Made by a program: the position numbers and the translations under genes. From assembly GCF_009914755.1 (NCBI RefSeq), contig NC_060926.1: a stretch of 64,000 nucleotides of DNA, one strand, 5' to 3'. The notes below the pieces were generated by a model, which saw only the letters and a program-made list of their open reading frames with translations, searched no databases and was not told where the DNA came from. Below, one piece after another: positions 18,286 through 33,100 of this stretch (within the stretch, counting starts at the first letter, position 1; each line of letters opens with the position of its first letter). This stretch comes from the human T2T-CHM13v2.0 reference genome, Homo sapiens.

Positions 18286-19706
18286 TAATCCCCAAGACAA
18301 CTTTAAAATGTTTGCTTTCAGAAAAGTATAAGATCACATAGAACAGAAAGTGCCATAGGGTTACATAGAACAGAAACAAAGAAAAGATAATATAATTATG
18401 TTATAGATTTGATTTCATTTTCTCTGTATGTATATTTGGTATATGTTGGAAGAAGAAAAGAAAACGCAGAGAACAGAATCCTTTATGACAACATGAATGA
18501 TCAGACAGCAATGGGGAATTAAGAAATATAAGTTTGGGACCAGATTGGGTAGAATTTAATTTATGAAAAGGCTGACTGTGCATAATAAAATGTATTTTCC
18601 TTTAGGCAATTCAAAGCTACAGATGATTTTTTATCAGGAAAGTGACAGTGAACCAGTGATATTTTTCAGAAATATACGTAGCAGGAGAATGCAGAATAGA
18701 TTTAAAGAGGATGAAACTCAGCCCACCACATGTTATCTATTAGTTTACTGAAATTAACATATCTCTCTAATGTATAATTGTGCAGAAAATTGAAGTTGAA
18801 AAGAGAATTTCAGGAAATATCAAGTACTTATGGTTGACATCAGTATTAATTTAGATTGTGATGTATGCATAAAAAGATATAGTTTATAAAATAATCATTT
18901 CCATCTACTGGGTGTAAATTTAATTTTTGTTCTTTTAAGAGAGAAAAATTAAAGGTTCTCCTTTCTTTTTGACTATCAGTTAAAATAACTTCTTTGTCTT
19001 GTGATAACCTGGGTATGTTTCTGGAGTAGCTAAGGTAGTCATATATATCATGTTTACCACTATTAAGGAAATGTGCTTATATAACATTTGCTTAAGACTG
19101 AATGAACTTGATATACTCACTCCTTACTACAATTCTTCCTTCCTATTCTCACTGGAAAAATGGGAAAGGTGTCCCAAAGACAAAATGGCATAACTTCCTT
19201 TTAACACACATGAACTATCAGATGTGGCTCCACCCAAATAGATGTAGTAGTCACAATGGATGGGACTGCCAGCCTAGTCTACAGACAAGACAGAGCTGGG
19301 ACCACAAACTACTGTTTCCCAGACCAGGATTTTTATGAGCCATTCTTAGTTTCCAGACACGATGGCAAGAGACCCTTCATTGGTTGAAGATAGGTGCTGC
19401 AGAAAAAGAATGTGACTTTCTGAAAACTGATAGTTCTAGAAGCAGAGAAGACAACTTCCTCTCTCCCTAAGTGAAGGTGAGGCAATAGCACACAGGAGGG
19501 ATGTGAAGGTTTTGGCTTCCTCTCACAAGTTGGGAATCAGGATGGAGAAACAATTAAAATATGTAATATGTTTCAACCTTGAATTCAAAATGGAAATTAT
19601 GGTAACATTTCCATTCCAAGAGGCTAATTTGAGACACAAGAAAGAGTTGATTTCATTTACTGAGCTAGCACATTTGTGAAACAGGATTCAGGATTTCAGT
19701 CCCTGA

Positions 19707-20052
<346 letters not shown>

Positions 20053-20229
20053 TGAACTGTTTTCTTAAATTGTCATGGATCACACCAAACACCTGTGCCA
20101 GCTGTTATGCGCATACCCTTCGGTAACAAAGGAAGTCCAGAAAAAGAGAATAACTTGACTCACACAAATATTTCTAGGGAAATAAGGTAAATAAAAAGAT
20201 AGTGTTGTGGAGGATAAGTTGGATAATAG

Positions 20230-20440
20230 TAAGTGATAACAGCTAAACTTTCTCAAAGGTTCACTATGTGCCAAGAACTGTGCTGAAAGCCACATGAATT
20301 CTGTCACTGAATCCTTTCAACAACCTTGTAAGCTGGGCACTAGAAAAACGATTACATTTATTTTATAGATGAGGAAACTGAGGCTCAGATTGGTTATGCT
20401 ACTTAGTAGGTAACAGAAAATCGATTCTTACCTAGCACTC
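20230..20440 (-). mobile_element. MIR
   Basis: cactatgtgcca...ttttatagatgaggaaactgaggctcaga is the MIR core. Confidence 0.85.
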
Positions 20441-20869
20441 GAATTCTAAAATATGTGCTCCTCTATGTCAAGTAATCTATAGAACTAAGATAAACATGCT
20501 GATGAAAGTTAGTGTCTAGTGGGTATTAATAAACACGGTTTCAAAACTGTGTCACCACGGGTAGATTGGCTGCTTTAAAAAAAATAAAAACTTCAATGGA
20601 TTTATGAGAAAGAAAAGTCATATGTTCCAGGGATATTTATTTATTTTCCTGACAGTGGAATAGCATTGAATTGAGTTATCAATTCATAAAAGATCAGAGA
20701 AACAATTCGAAAATTAATAGTAAACCCTATTATACTGACTAAATATGGTAGCAGTTCAAAGAAAGGAAGTATCGGTAAGAGTAAACATGGAATACTGTTT
20801 CCTCACTTATTCTGCAAACATCACAATTAGGAGAAAAGACCTTGTAGTTAGACTTTCAAAAAAAAAAAA

Positions 20870-21035
20870 GCTTCTCTACTTATTAACTGTGGTCTTGGAC
20901 AAGTCATGTAAGTTGTGTAGAAGCATTTTCATCTGTAAAATAGTAATAATTCCTGCCTTATAGAGTTGTGAGAAATAAATCACATAAACCTTGAAAATGC
21001 TTTGCACAATAACTGGTATTTACTAAGAGCTCAAC
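20870..21035 (+). mobile_element. MIR
   Basis: ctgtggtcttggacaagtc...tcatctgtaaaatag...agagttgtgagaa. Confidence 0.75.
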
Positions 21036-21822
21036 TAAAAAGCTGGTTTTACTTTTATTGTTATTATGATCTGGTATTGATACTGCTCTAGGACTTGGCT
21101 CTAAGGCATGTTTCTGACCAAAAGATCTCCCAATCTATCAGTAAAGCTGTGCTTGTTTTTTTTTTTTTTTTAAAGAATCCAATATAATGTGATAGGGATG
21201 TGGATGAGAAATTTAACAGGACAGAATGAGAAATGGGAGCAGGCTATATAAATGTCACAGTAAATGACATTTGTAAATAGAGTATTTGTCCAGTACAGAG
21301 GCAATATAATTGGCTCCCGCCCTGGGGAAGGATTGATGGATGTGTATCAAGAAAAATTTCCAAATAGACAAATGACAGAACTTTAATATACTTTAGGAAA
21401 ATAAGTCTAGGAAATAGCACCAAAATAGATAAAATAAAAATTTTACATGCAATTTTTTCTTCCTTTGTCTGTTTTTTTAATCCAAATAATAAGTTCAAAA
21501 GCAAATTACAAAAAAACATAATTTTATTGGTAAATACCAGAGGCAAAGGAGCAGGTCTGGTCTTAATGTGATTATCAGGAGTCATAGTATAGAGACTGAC
21601 AGATTGTCAGTACACTCTCAAAATCAAACGTGGTCTTCATTGGATCTTACATATTTTTACTTTAAAAAAAATCACCATTGGTTAGACTAACTTACAACTA
21701 ATTAGACAAAGGTGCTGTAAGCCTCATTAGCATGATAGAAGCATGAGAATATAGCAAGAATGTAGAATCCTTTTTATTGAAGTTTTACTTAAAAATTTTC
21801 CTAAGATTCTACTTTTGTACTA

Positions 21823-22166
21823 CAGTTTGAGCATCCCTAATCTGAAAATTTGAAATCCAAAATGCTCGGAAGTTCAAAGCTTTTGAGCACCAACCTGATA
21901 CTACAAGAGGAAAATTCACATCTGGCCTCCTGTAATGAATCGCAGTTAAACCACAGTCAAAATGTTGTTTCCTGAACTAAATTATTAAAAATATTGTATA
22001 ATATTACCTTCAGGCTATGTGTATGTGTATGAAACTTAAATGAATTTTATGTTTACACATGTGTCTCATTCTCAAGACTTGTCATTATGTACATGCAAAT
22101 ATTTTAAAATCTAAAATCCAAAACACTTCTGGCCCCAAGCATTTCAAATAAGGGATATGCAACTTG
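21823..22166. mobile_element. Tigger4/MER46-type DNA transposon
   Basis: Terminal inverted repeats cagtttgagcatccctaat and ataagggatatgcaacttg, with TA target duplications. Confidence 0.85.
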
Positions 22167-22755
22167 TATTTACTTTGTGCATTTGCCCCCCTTTACTGCT
22201 ATATCTTTCTTTTGTTCTGTATGTTATGTGTGCTTAAATAATCAGGAATTCATTGATATTGTCAATCAAATCCTGAAAAAAAATTATATGACTCAGTCTT
22301 GTACCCCTGAGAATGTCTGATTTCTTCGTAAGTTGTCTTTTTTTTTTTTTCCACAATAGTGAGTTTAATGTCATGAATCTTTTCACTCATTCATACTGGT
22401 GGAGCCTATTTTTAAAGACCCAATTTGCAGACTGATTACTGTCCTTATTCATGGCAATACTTCAACTCCACAATCTTTAATTCAACAATAACATCATAAT
22501 TATTGTATAATAACCATTTTATAGTATTTCTCACTATTGTATAATTATAGTAGCCATAATTGTCTTAATAAAAATTGGGACTTTTCATCCAGCAATAAAT
22601 ACGTTTTTGTCTGATTTGTCCAGTTATCTAGGTACAAAAAATGGTACAAAGGCACAAAAATAAAATCATATTTAAATATATTGGGATAATTGTTGATTTT
22701 AGGAATAAATTATCAGTGTTTCCGGAAATCCAAATTACATAGTCAAAATAGCATC

Positions 22756-23156
22756 TGTATTAGGCCATTCTTGCATTGTTACAGATAAATACCTGAGACT
22801 GGGTAATTTATAAAGAAAAGAGATTTAATTAGCTCATGGTTCTGCAGTGAGCTTGGTGCTGGCATCTGCTTGGCTTCTGGTGAAGTCTCAAAGAGCTTTC
22901 AATCATGGCAGAAGGCAAAGTGGAGCAAGCATTTCACATGATGAAAGCAGGAACAAGCAAGAGAGAATGTGGGCAGGAGGCACTACAAACTTTTAAATAA
23001 CAACATCTCATGAGAACTCACTAACATGAGGACAGCACCAAGGCATGAGGGATCTGACCCCATCATCCAAACACCTACCACCAGGCCCCACGTCTAGTGC
23101 TGGGGATTACAATTCCACATGAGACTTGGGAGGGGGCAAATGTCCAAAATATATCA
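22756..23156. mobile_element. MST (MaLR) solo LTR with 5-bp TSD gcatc
   Basis: TG...CA termini; tgtattaggccattcttgcattg...gagactgggtaatttataaagaaaagag; gcatc at 22751 and 23157. Confidence 0.92.
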
Positions 23157-23448
23157 GCATCCCAAATAAAAGGGTTTTTTTTGTACAGTTGTCTATATTT
23201 ATCTTTTGGAACTGAGCTTAATAGAAATGTTTCATTTAGCAATGATTTCAGTATTTTCTGCAATAACTAAAAAGCAAATAGTGATAATAGTATTATTTTA
23301 TATTGACCAAGCATTTTTATTTCATTCACTTTTTTTCAGAATAGTGTATCATGAATTAGCAGAAATGCATGTTAGAATAAAATAAGGTGTCAAGAACAAT
23401 CTTAGAAAACTAATGATGGAAAGCAATTGAAGCAATAGAATGTTTTGA

Positions 23449-23970
<522 letters not shown>

Positions 23971-25050
23971 TAAGGAGATATTTTGGTGTTATATAATTCT
24001 GTTGTTTAAAATTATCAGGTGTTTTTAAATTGCGTGTTTCCTTCCTGTTAAGAAAATAGAAAATATCTGTCTAGCAATATATTTTCCATGGAAAAGTTGG
24101 TAATAAATAAATTAATGATAGATTAAAATATAGCTAGATTAACAATATGCTGACTTATGTTTCCAATACTGACATTTTGAATTCTTGATAGTATTCTTGA
24201 TATGAATTTTTTCAGTATTTATAAATAATTTTAAATTTCTCAAAATGCCTCAATTTCTCCACTTTCTTCCTTGTAATTTGCCCACAACAGTGTTTTTTGT
24301 ACGTACTGGAAAAATATCTGATGAGAGGGTAGTTGCAATTCTCATCTTGCTATGTTCTTAGTTCTTAATTCTTACGAAATACGTCATAAAATAGTATTGT
24401 ATTTTGTTTGCACAGACATATTTACTCAAGGAAGATCTGATTGGGATCTTGGCTTGATATTTATGTATAGTTTATCTTTCCTGAAGTCAGTCAGTTTTTT
24501 TGAAGAGAAGGTATTGATGAGGAATCACACTAAAAACATATTTAACCCTACTGAGCTCAGTGTTCACTGTTTAAAGAAACAAAAATCCTTAATACATTAT
24601 AGAATGTAAAATTCTGAATTTACCAACTCAGTAAGTCCTGGTAACTTAATGTATTCTTTGATTTACAAGAAGGGTATGAGCAACAGAATATATTTTTTGT
24701 TTTGTTTGCTATTAACCTGTAGCTCAATAAGTACAGAGTTGGAGGTAAAGAGAGGAATTTAAAACCTTGATATTTAATTGTTTATACAAAAATGAAGACA
24801 AGATTTCCAGTAATTAAAGTTTGCACTAACTAACAAAAATAACAAGGAAAAACAAAGATTCGTTCCTTCCTCATACGAACTGTTTGGCGAGGAAGATAAA
24901 AGCTTCTATTCCTGATGTCGGGAAAGAAAGAATGACGACATGGGGGAGTGTGGGCACTGAAAGGTAAAATTTAAGTAGCACAACTTGATCATGATAATTA
25001 ACAATCAGCCAAAATTATGAGGGAAAATATAGTTATAAAAAAAGAACAAA

Positions 25051-25341
<291 letters not shown>

Positions 25342-27057
25342 TTACTAAAGAGTATGTTATTTTCCATTTTTTCTTGTTTGTAAGTTACGTAGTATTGCTG
25401 TTAGTGATTAGGTAGAAGTAGATGTTTAATGGGAAATTCAGACAATCTTTGAATATAGGAAGGTATAAATAACAGGGACATAGGTATCAGTTTCACAAGA
25501 AATAACTGATGAGATTCAAGGGAAAAGTAATAAAACCTTCTGTCCTGGGGCAAAGAATTACTTTAATTAGTTGAACTTAAATTTTTACTAACTAGATTAT
25601 TGTTTGAAAGTTGAATAATATCTTAAAATCTTATTAACAAAATTTTGAACAAGTGTTGTTACAATAGTTGGGTTATGCTGGAAGGGTGGAGTGGCCCAAT
25701 TTCATATACAGTGTACTGCTCTTATAGAAGCTGAAGTCGGCATTTATAAAATAGAATTCGGTCATTTGAATTTTGATGTATATTCCCCTCTCATTATTTT
25801 GAAATTATGCCTAATGGTGAATATTTCCCTAATAGTAAAAAAAGTCAATTTTTATTTTCACACATGTTTAGTTTTAGGCTGTCATATAAACTAAGAATGA
25901 ATTATACAGTATCAAACGTTGAAGCCATTGGCTAGTTTAATCTTTTAGCTAAGTTTCAGTATCTTTTGAGGAATGTTTAACTTGACATCCAGTCTTCTTA
26001 ACTTTAAGAGATTTTACAGCCGTGGGTTTTCCAAAAGAGCGTGTATTTTGCCTTAACTTAAGCCATTATGTCTGAAGTAAGAGGGAAGTCCAGTGATGTG
26101 GGGTTTAGAGTAGGGACATCTCTTGTTTCTCTTGTTATCATTAAGCTTTTTGATTTGTTTTCCCATTAAGTTAGCTCTGAGTTAAATACTCTAAAATAAT
26201 ATTTGTGAATTCAGTATTTCAGAATTGGAGGAAGAGAACTGACCTGCCAGGTGGAAGCAGACAGGATTATTTTATTGCTTGAGTTGTGGAGTCCTTCCAA
26301 TACCTTCCCAGCATAGAGACTGTTACTTCAGTGTTAACATTATTTGGAGGGGTTTTTAATTCTGGCTTTATATCAAACTTTCTAGACATAAATTTATAAA
26401 ATAATAAATGATGAGGGTTATCGCCGTGAAAGAGGTTATGTGTAGGTTTTGATCTTTCAGAATTTTACCTGGTAGCTCTACACTAAAAAACTAGAGAATT
26501 AAAACAATTATTGAAGAATTTCAGACACTCGCATTTGAAATAGCATTTCTTGCCTGCCTTCTAGTCATTTTTGTCTGGTCATTTTTCTAACTGGGGGACA
26601 GGATTACATTGTTAAATATCACAAAGTAGTAAGAAACATCATGAGGCTTATTACCAATCCTTTCTAAATTAATTTTTTAATTAAAGAAAAAATGAGGCTT
26701 TTTTACTGGAATGTCTAAATGAATTTTTTTATAAGGCAGACTGAGTGGACTCAGAGGTTTTTTAGGTGTTCACAGTAAGTCCTCTGCAATGTCTTTGCTA
26801 AATTTGTATGATTCTTCAGTAGTTTTCTGTAGATTCTCTAGAGTAGACCATTTAAAATCATGTCATAATCCCCTATGCTTTAATTTTAATGTTATTTCGA
26901 TTATATTAATGTAATTCCTTTTGTGATTTTGAATGATTGTTTTTTCTTTTAGAGTATTTAATAATGTGGAAGCCATGCTTGAATGACTATTTTTCGAAGT
27001 GAAATTTAGTAGTGCGATATGGTGACCTTCACCGCTTACCATTCTTACTTCTCACAG

Positions 27058-27141
27058 GAGTAAAATCAAGCTGGAGCCATCAAGAATGCAGCTCTGGTGT
27101 TTTTTAACCAGCCAGAGGCTCGTGCCACCACTTTTACCCAG
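27058..27141 (+). other. SCN2A: Candidate poison exon in intron 17 (exon 17A-like); 3' end uncertain (27141, 27150 or 27299)
   Basis: Strong acceptor cattcttacttctcacAG|GAG TAA gives an immediate in-frame stop after phase-0 exon 17. TGCATG motifs lie downstream. Confidence 0.65.
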
Positions 27142-30100
27142 GTTACCCAAGCAAGTTGTACATCTATAAATATAATCAGTTTCTAAATGACTTTTGACTG
27201 GCCTGCATGTTACTCAGCTACGTTCCTTGCCCTTCCATTGGCAGTAAAATAAAAACATGCACAGCTGCTATTATGCTGAGTCATACAAAGCATGGTCAGG
27301 CAAGTCTGACAACCCTAACTTAAAAAAAAGTGATTTAGCTGCTAATTTTCTTACATAGATTTTAATAGAAATTTTATTCAATGAAAAGTAAAAGTGCATG
27401 CCTTTATGGATTATTTAATTTCCTTTTAATGTTACAGAGTTTTGAACATATTAGGAGCCCAAAGGAGAAATGTAGGTGCTCTTTGAAAACTTGCAAAAAT
27501 GCTTTTTATCCTCTGTCTTTAAAAAAAAGATAGCCCAGTTACTGTACTTAAGTCTTGACAGTTTTTTATTTAGTGTAATGTTTTTCTGAAGGGTAATCTT
27601 CAAATTAAAGCAATCCCTTATTCATATGCAAACTTCCCAAAGGATGTTTTAATGTGATAATAATGTAAATGAATAGGAATGTCTATGTTTCAGTTGCTAG
27701 CAGCATGGGTATAATATTTATCTGCTTCATTTTAGGGAAAATGGCACTGCTTTATTTAGGAGTTGACCAACAGTATTTTGTATTTAGAATATAATTTCTT
27801 TGGAAAGTCTGTTTATATTTACCCTTAAACCTCTTAGACTGAAAGAAAAGGAAATCATGTCTTTTGTATACCAAATAATAATAATAATAGTGATAATGAG
27901 AGACTTATAGATGGTATGCTCCTTCTAAAAATAGATTTAGAGTCCATCTTCTTCATTTTCTTGGCTCCTCTGTGCTTTCTCTCCCCTCTATTTTATTGAG
28001 ACCTGCTGGAAAACTTTCTCCCGAAGAATATTATTTAAATTTATCATGATCCACAAACTCCTGTATAGGAAAAGAATCAGAAACTCTTGCTCCTAGGGTG
28101 TTTTTAAAATGAAGAGACTTCCCTATCATGTGACAATAGCAATAAACGTAACATCATTCTATGGGATCCATTAGTCGACCTTCATTTCTTAATGTTGAAA
28201 TCACAGTTTTATGCACAAATATTTAACCAAATTGCCTAAACCCAATTTAATCATTTTTAAGAAATGTTAATTATTTTGTCACTTAGATACAGTTTCCTCT
28301 CCTTTTGCCAATAAAACTATAAAACAGCACTAATATAAAAGTGTAGTTGGCTATTTGGAAGAAGCAATAATCATGCCATTCCTGGAGCATTCTTTTATAC
28401 TTTGGAACAAAATATTCCATCACTGGCTCTCCAGATTCATGAGCTATAATGCCTCATATATTGGAGGAATGGGATGTAAAATGGGATCCAAGATGCGTAA
28501 TTGTTTACAGTTAAACACAGATGCGCATATACACAGGGACTACAGATAATTACTTTTTCCTATTATGTATTAATTCTTCAGAAAAGCATGAGATTTAGGC
28601 ACTTTCGGATAATAGCTTGTTTCTCGGAAAGAGGCAAGGGTAGTTTCCTTATTCTCTGAGTATCCCATTTTGCCAATTTCCTGTTTAGAAAGATACTTGA
28701 GGCATATTATCCATCAACGTATCTAGGGGATTCAGCTGGAGTAAAGGTGGTAGAATAGAAGCTAAGAAGGAACTGGTTCGTTTATTTTCAATCCTCACAT
28801 TATGGCAATTTTTGATTTCCTTGTAAAAGTCTATGATTCTCCCTCAGGAAACATTGTCCACTTCCTAAAAAAATATACTAATTTCTAATACAGGGGTTTG
28901 GAAAGGGGACAAAAATGTGCAGGGAAGGTTTGCGTAAGCAATGGTGGAATGGGTTCAACAGACACCTGTCTATGACTTTATCCTGGAGAATGTGTAGTCC
29001 TCATGGGAAAGTTTTCCAGTGGGATAGTGATTAAGATGGAAAAAAATGCCCAAAATATCTTTAATATAAGAACAAAATGGGCCAAACACGTGTCTTTGGG
29101 TCACTGGTAATCTACTGAGCAGTAGGACATCATGACATAAGAGTTCCTTTTGCCATCCGAAGAAAAATATTTAAAATCCTATTATTTGTGGTTTTAAAAA
29201 TGTTATAATGTATTCATTATAAACACTAAAATGACTTTCTGGATAATATAGTATACTGTGAGTAATTATTTTGATTTTACCATATTCTTTTTTAGTTCTC
29301 AGAAACCAAAATTGTCAGATATGGGATACTTGATTTAATCTGTATTTGAAGTTTTCTCTTTTTTAAGTGCCAATTTTTTAATTAAATTAAATTAAAATCT
29401 CTCTCTCTTTTCCCAAATTATATACAATATCTACTAATTATGTTTTCTTCGAAATGTATCTTAGCTTCATAATGAGAAGTGAGTGTGCCCATGAAAAATT
29501 TAATAGGAAGTTATGTTTTCTCTTCCATTTTCTGTTGTGATTCATTATTTTTGAAAATAATTTACTTTCATTTGCTCACATTTGCTGTCTAAAGAAAAAC
29601 TATTCATCTGGCACATTCATATTTAGTAGTATTATTAAAGCAGAAAGCATAAGTTGGAAGTATAATATCTAAAAATACAAAATGAAGTATTGTACCTTGA
29701 TGTTTATTAGATCATTAAGCAAAATATGATTCTGCCCTGCTTAAATCATTTGATTATAATTATCCAGCATATAAAAGAATCACAGTAGATTTTCAATAGG
29801 AAGAGTCCTATAATATTAGGTATCCACCAAAAACATTGTTCAAGTAATATTTCCACCTGAAAGTAAATGATTGCCAATGCTTTTTTTCAGAGCATATAAA
29901 ATTGGCTATTCCTATTTGATCTCGTTATTGTCCTGGCATCCTTATTTTGTTAAATTTTAACTAGGCAAGGGCTATGCTACAAACATTAGTTAGTCCGCTA
30001 GTTTCCTGATAAATAAGTACAGGTAATTAAAAAGTGAACCTAAATATCCAAATTATACCAAAGGGACATATATAGAACTTTTTAAACTGGATCTGCTTCT

Positions 30101-33100
30101 AGCCAGTTCATATTTTGGTCACTTACTAATGTAGTATTTCACCATAAATTATGCCTAGATTGGAGCATTTACAGGCACTCTTTATCTGAAAATTCTTAAG
30201 TGCATGAGTTGTAACAGTTTCACATAGTGATCATCTCACTGTTCTAATTGGTGACTATGTACTACAGTTAGGTTGATCGTAATTATGACCTTAAATGAAG
30301 CTGAATATTTTTATATTCCTAATTTGATTAATTTTATTTTATGGGCTTTTACACATTTTAACTGCTTTAGTCAACATATTTTATAATATTATGACATTTG
30401 CCTAGAATGTAATTTTAAGAAAGTCATTTAATTGATGTTATCAAGAAGGGTTTTATAAATCAGAATTTCCTGCCTATGTTTCAAGATCATTGCTTAAAGA
30501 AAACTTTTTGTTCATGTAATATTCCAATGTGTATTTAGCTTTACTCTACATTAAAATATGTTAACAACTATGAATATAACTTGAATTAATACTAAAGTTC
30601 ATGGTTTTGAAACATGGAAATCAACAATATCATAAGCACTATCTTGAACCTACAATATTTGATTACATATCTAGTCTACTAAATGTTTTAAATTGATAAA
30701 CATTGGGTTTACTTTTGAATCATCAAAAAGATTCTTTAGAGAAGCTTGGCAGAATGGGGTGCAGAAGATCTGGAATCCAACCACTGATTCGCTATAACTT
30801 TTCACAAGACGATAAAACTCACATTTCCTTCTCTAAATAAATACTGGATTGGCTGACATTAAGGATCAATGTGCTGCTTAGATTCTTTGTTATTTGTAAA
30901 TCAAGTACCACAAGTGGAAAAGTATTCAAGTAACACATGTGACAGATCCTGTGCTGCTCCGCTTCAGAAGACAGTGGGGAAGGATAAGATTGCATTCCTT
31001 AAAGAGGCCCCATTCATCACTGGAGCTATAGATCCTTGTATACAGAGTGAAAAGAGGGAAAACACTGTCAAAATGATTTAGTAATAGTTTTCCTGACTCC
31101 ACAGTTAAACTACAGTTCACCTCATACACTCACATTAGGTCCGAATAATTGGCAGACTGGTTTTAAGACAATACTCCTAGTTCTAAGAGTTGTTCGTCAT
31201 TGCCCACACAATTCAGAATCTTAAAAGATTTGTGTTACTCTGCAATTAAGAGAAAATATTGTGTGTATTCTTTTGAATGTGAAAGTAAATATCAGATAGG
31301 AAGTGTTAGTAGTTAGTGGTTGGATAAAAGAGTCCTCGCACTGGTCATTCATTCATTTACCCAAAATTTATTAAACACAAACATTGGTGCTAGAGATACA
31401 AGGGTGACGAAAACATGATCTTTCCTCCAAAAAATTAAGTCTGATGAGATGCATTTTCTAGAAACACAAAATACTTTTGAACTGAACCTTGGAAAAAGTA
31501 AAAACTTGACCTTTCAATAGATAAATATTTGGCTTTAGGAAAAAGGTATCTTAATTCTACATCAGAACTAAGGTAGTGCACTAAAATGAAAGGGAGCAAT
31601 GTTAATTCTTCTACTTTTAATGTGATTTAAATAAGAGAAAATACAGGAATGTCTTTTATAATTTGGAATTCCAGAGAAAATGAATAAAAAAGCAATTAAA
31701 AAAAACACCTCAACATGCTTCTCATTTTCAGCCAAGTACAGCAAACTCTGTTTGATATTCTCTGATTTTAACCTTGGATCAAACTATTTGGCAAATTGCT
31801 AATTTGAACAGGCTATTGAAAACAGACAGTGTATCTAGCAATTCATTCATTCATTCAATACTTAATGAACAGCATTTTGGCAATTCAAAGCCTGTTCCTT
31901 GTATTGAACTATATTGGTGTATTATCCATATGGCCTAGAGTACATGTGTATTATTCATATTATCCATATTGGTGTATTATCCATAGGGCCTAGAGTACGT
32001 GGCTTCTGCCCCCAAATGTCTTACAAGCATGTTAAAGTACCCAGAATCCATCCAACTGAAATAATTTGACCCATACATTATCAAGGTTCAAGATGTGTGA
32101 TAAGCCATGAAAAGGTTGGTGAATAGCCTAGGGTGCATATGGTGAGTGAAGATGGATGGAAGAAATTAGGAGTCCAGATTTATTGGGGAGACTTTATGAA
32201 AGCAAGGAATCATGATTGTTGCAAAATAGACAGTGAAGAAAGAAATGGTGTGGTGGTGAAAGTCTTCCCAAAGTCATTTAAAGTATTGGCAACCCAGATA
32301 CTTGGCAGCAGGAGTGATAATTGATGTTACAGGAATCCTATGTAAACTTTTGCACATTTTAATGAAGATTTTCTATAATATGCTGTCTGGTGACTTCTCC
32401 CAATCACTGTCAAGGGCTAGACTTCATTATTTTAAGATGTCTTTCATTCATTTATTCACTCACTCATTCTTTTTTTTAAGCAAAATTTATTAAGACCTGT
32501 AACATACTTAGCACTGATCTAAGCTCTGATACAGTCATTCAGTAATGTCAGCCTGAGCATTTGCAGAACCCTGAATATGGATCCTCATTTTTCCCTTGGG
32601 GTCACCCGAAGTCTTACCCCGTTCTGTGTTTACAGTGTGAACCTTATTCTTATAAGGAATATTTTTTGTTTCTTATTGTGGATTGTCTGTACTTCCATCA
32701 GATGTGACTCAGCTTCAGTTTTTTTGATTACCTGTGTTATTTTCCAACATGTTGCAAGTGATAAGATCAGTATTATCAGGTCCCTAATAGCATAACAGGT
32801 TCGTGTGAATTAGATATATTAAAATGAGAAGATTTTTAAGTCATTTTTTAGTCAATTACGTGTATAGAAACATAGTTATACTTATCTCAGAAAGATTCCA
32901 ATTCAAAGGATAGGAAATTAGAAAAACATGTAATGTTTCTTCTGAGAACAAATATATTCAAATTTTAATGACAAAGATATTAGGATTATTTTTCTAGTAA
33001 TTTGATATACCTGATAAATTAAAATAAGAAATCATCAACCTTCAAGCACCTTATAATATATAATCTTTGATTTAACTTTTTTGGACAAATTAAAAAATAA

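Noticed and set aside
18336-18376. Repeated 14-mer acatagaacagaaa
   Set aside because: A short micro-duplication with no evident function.
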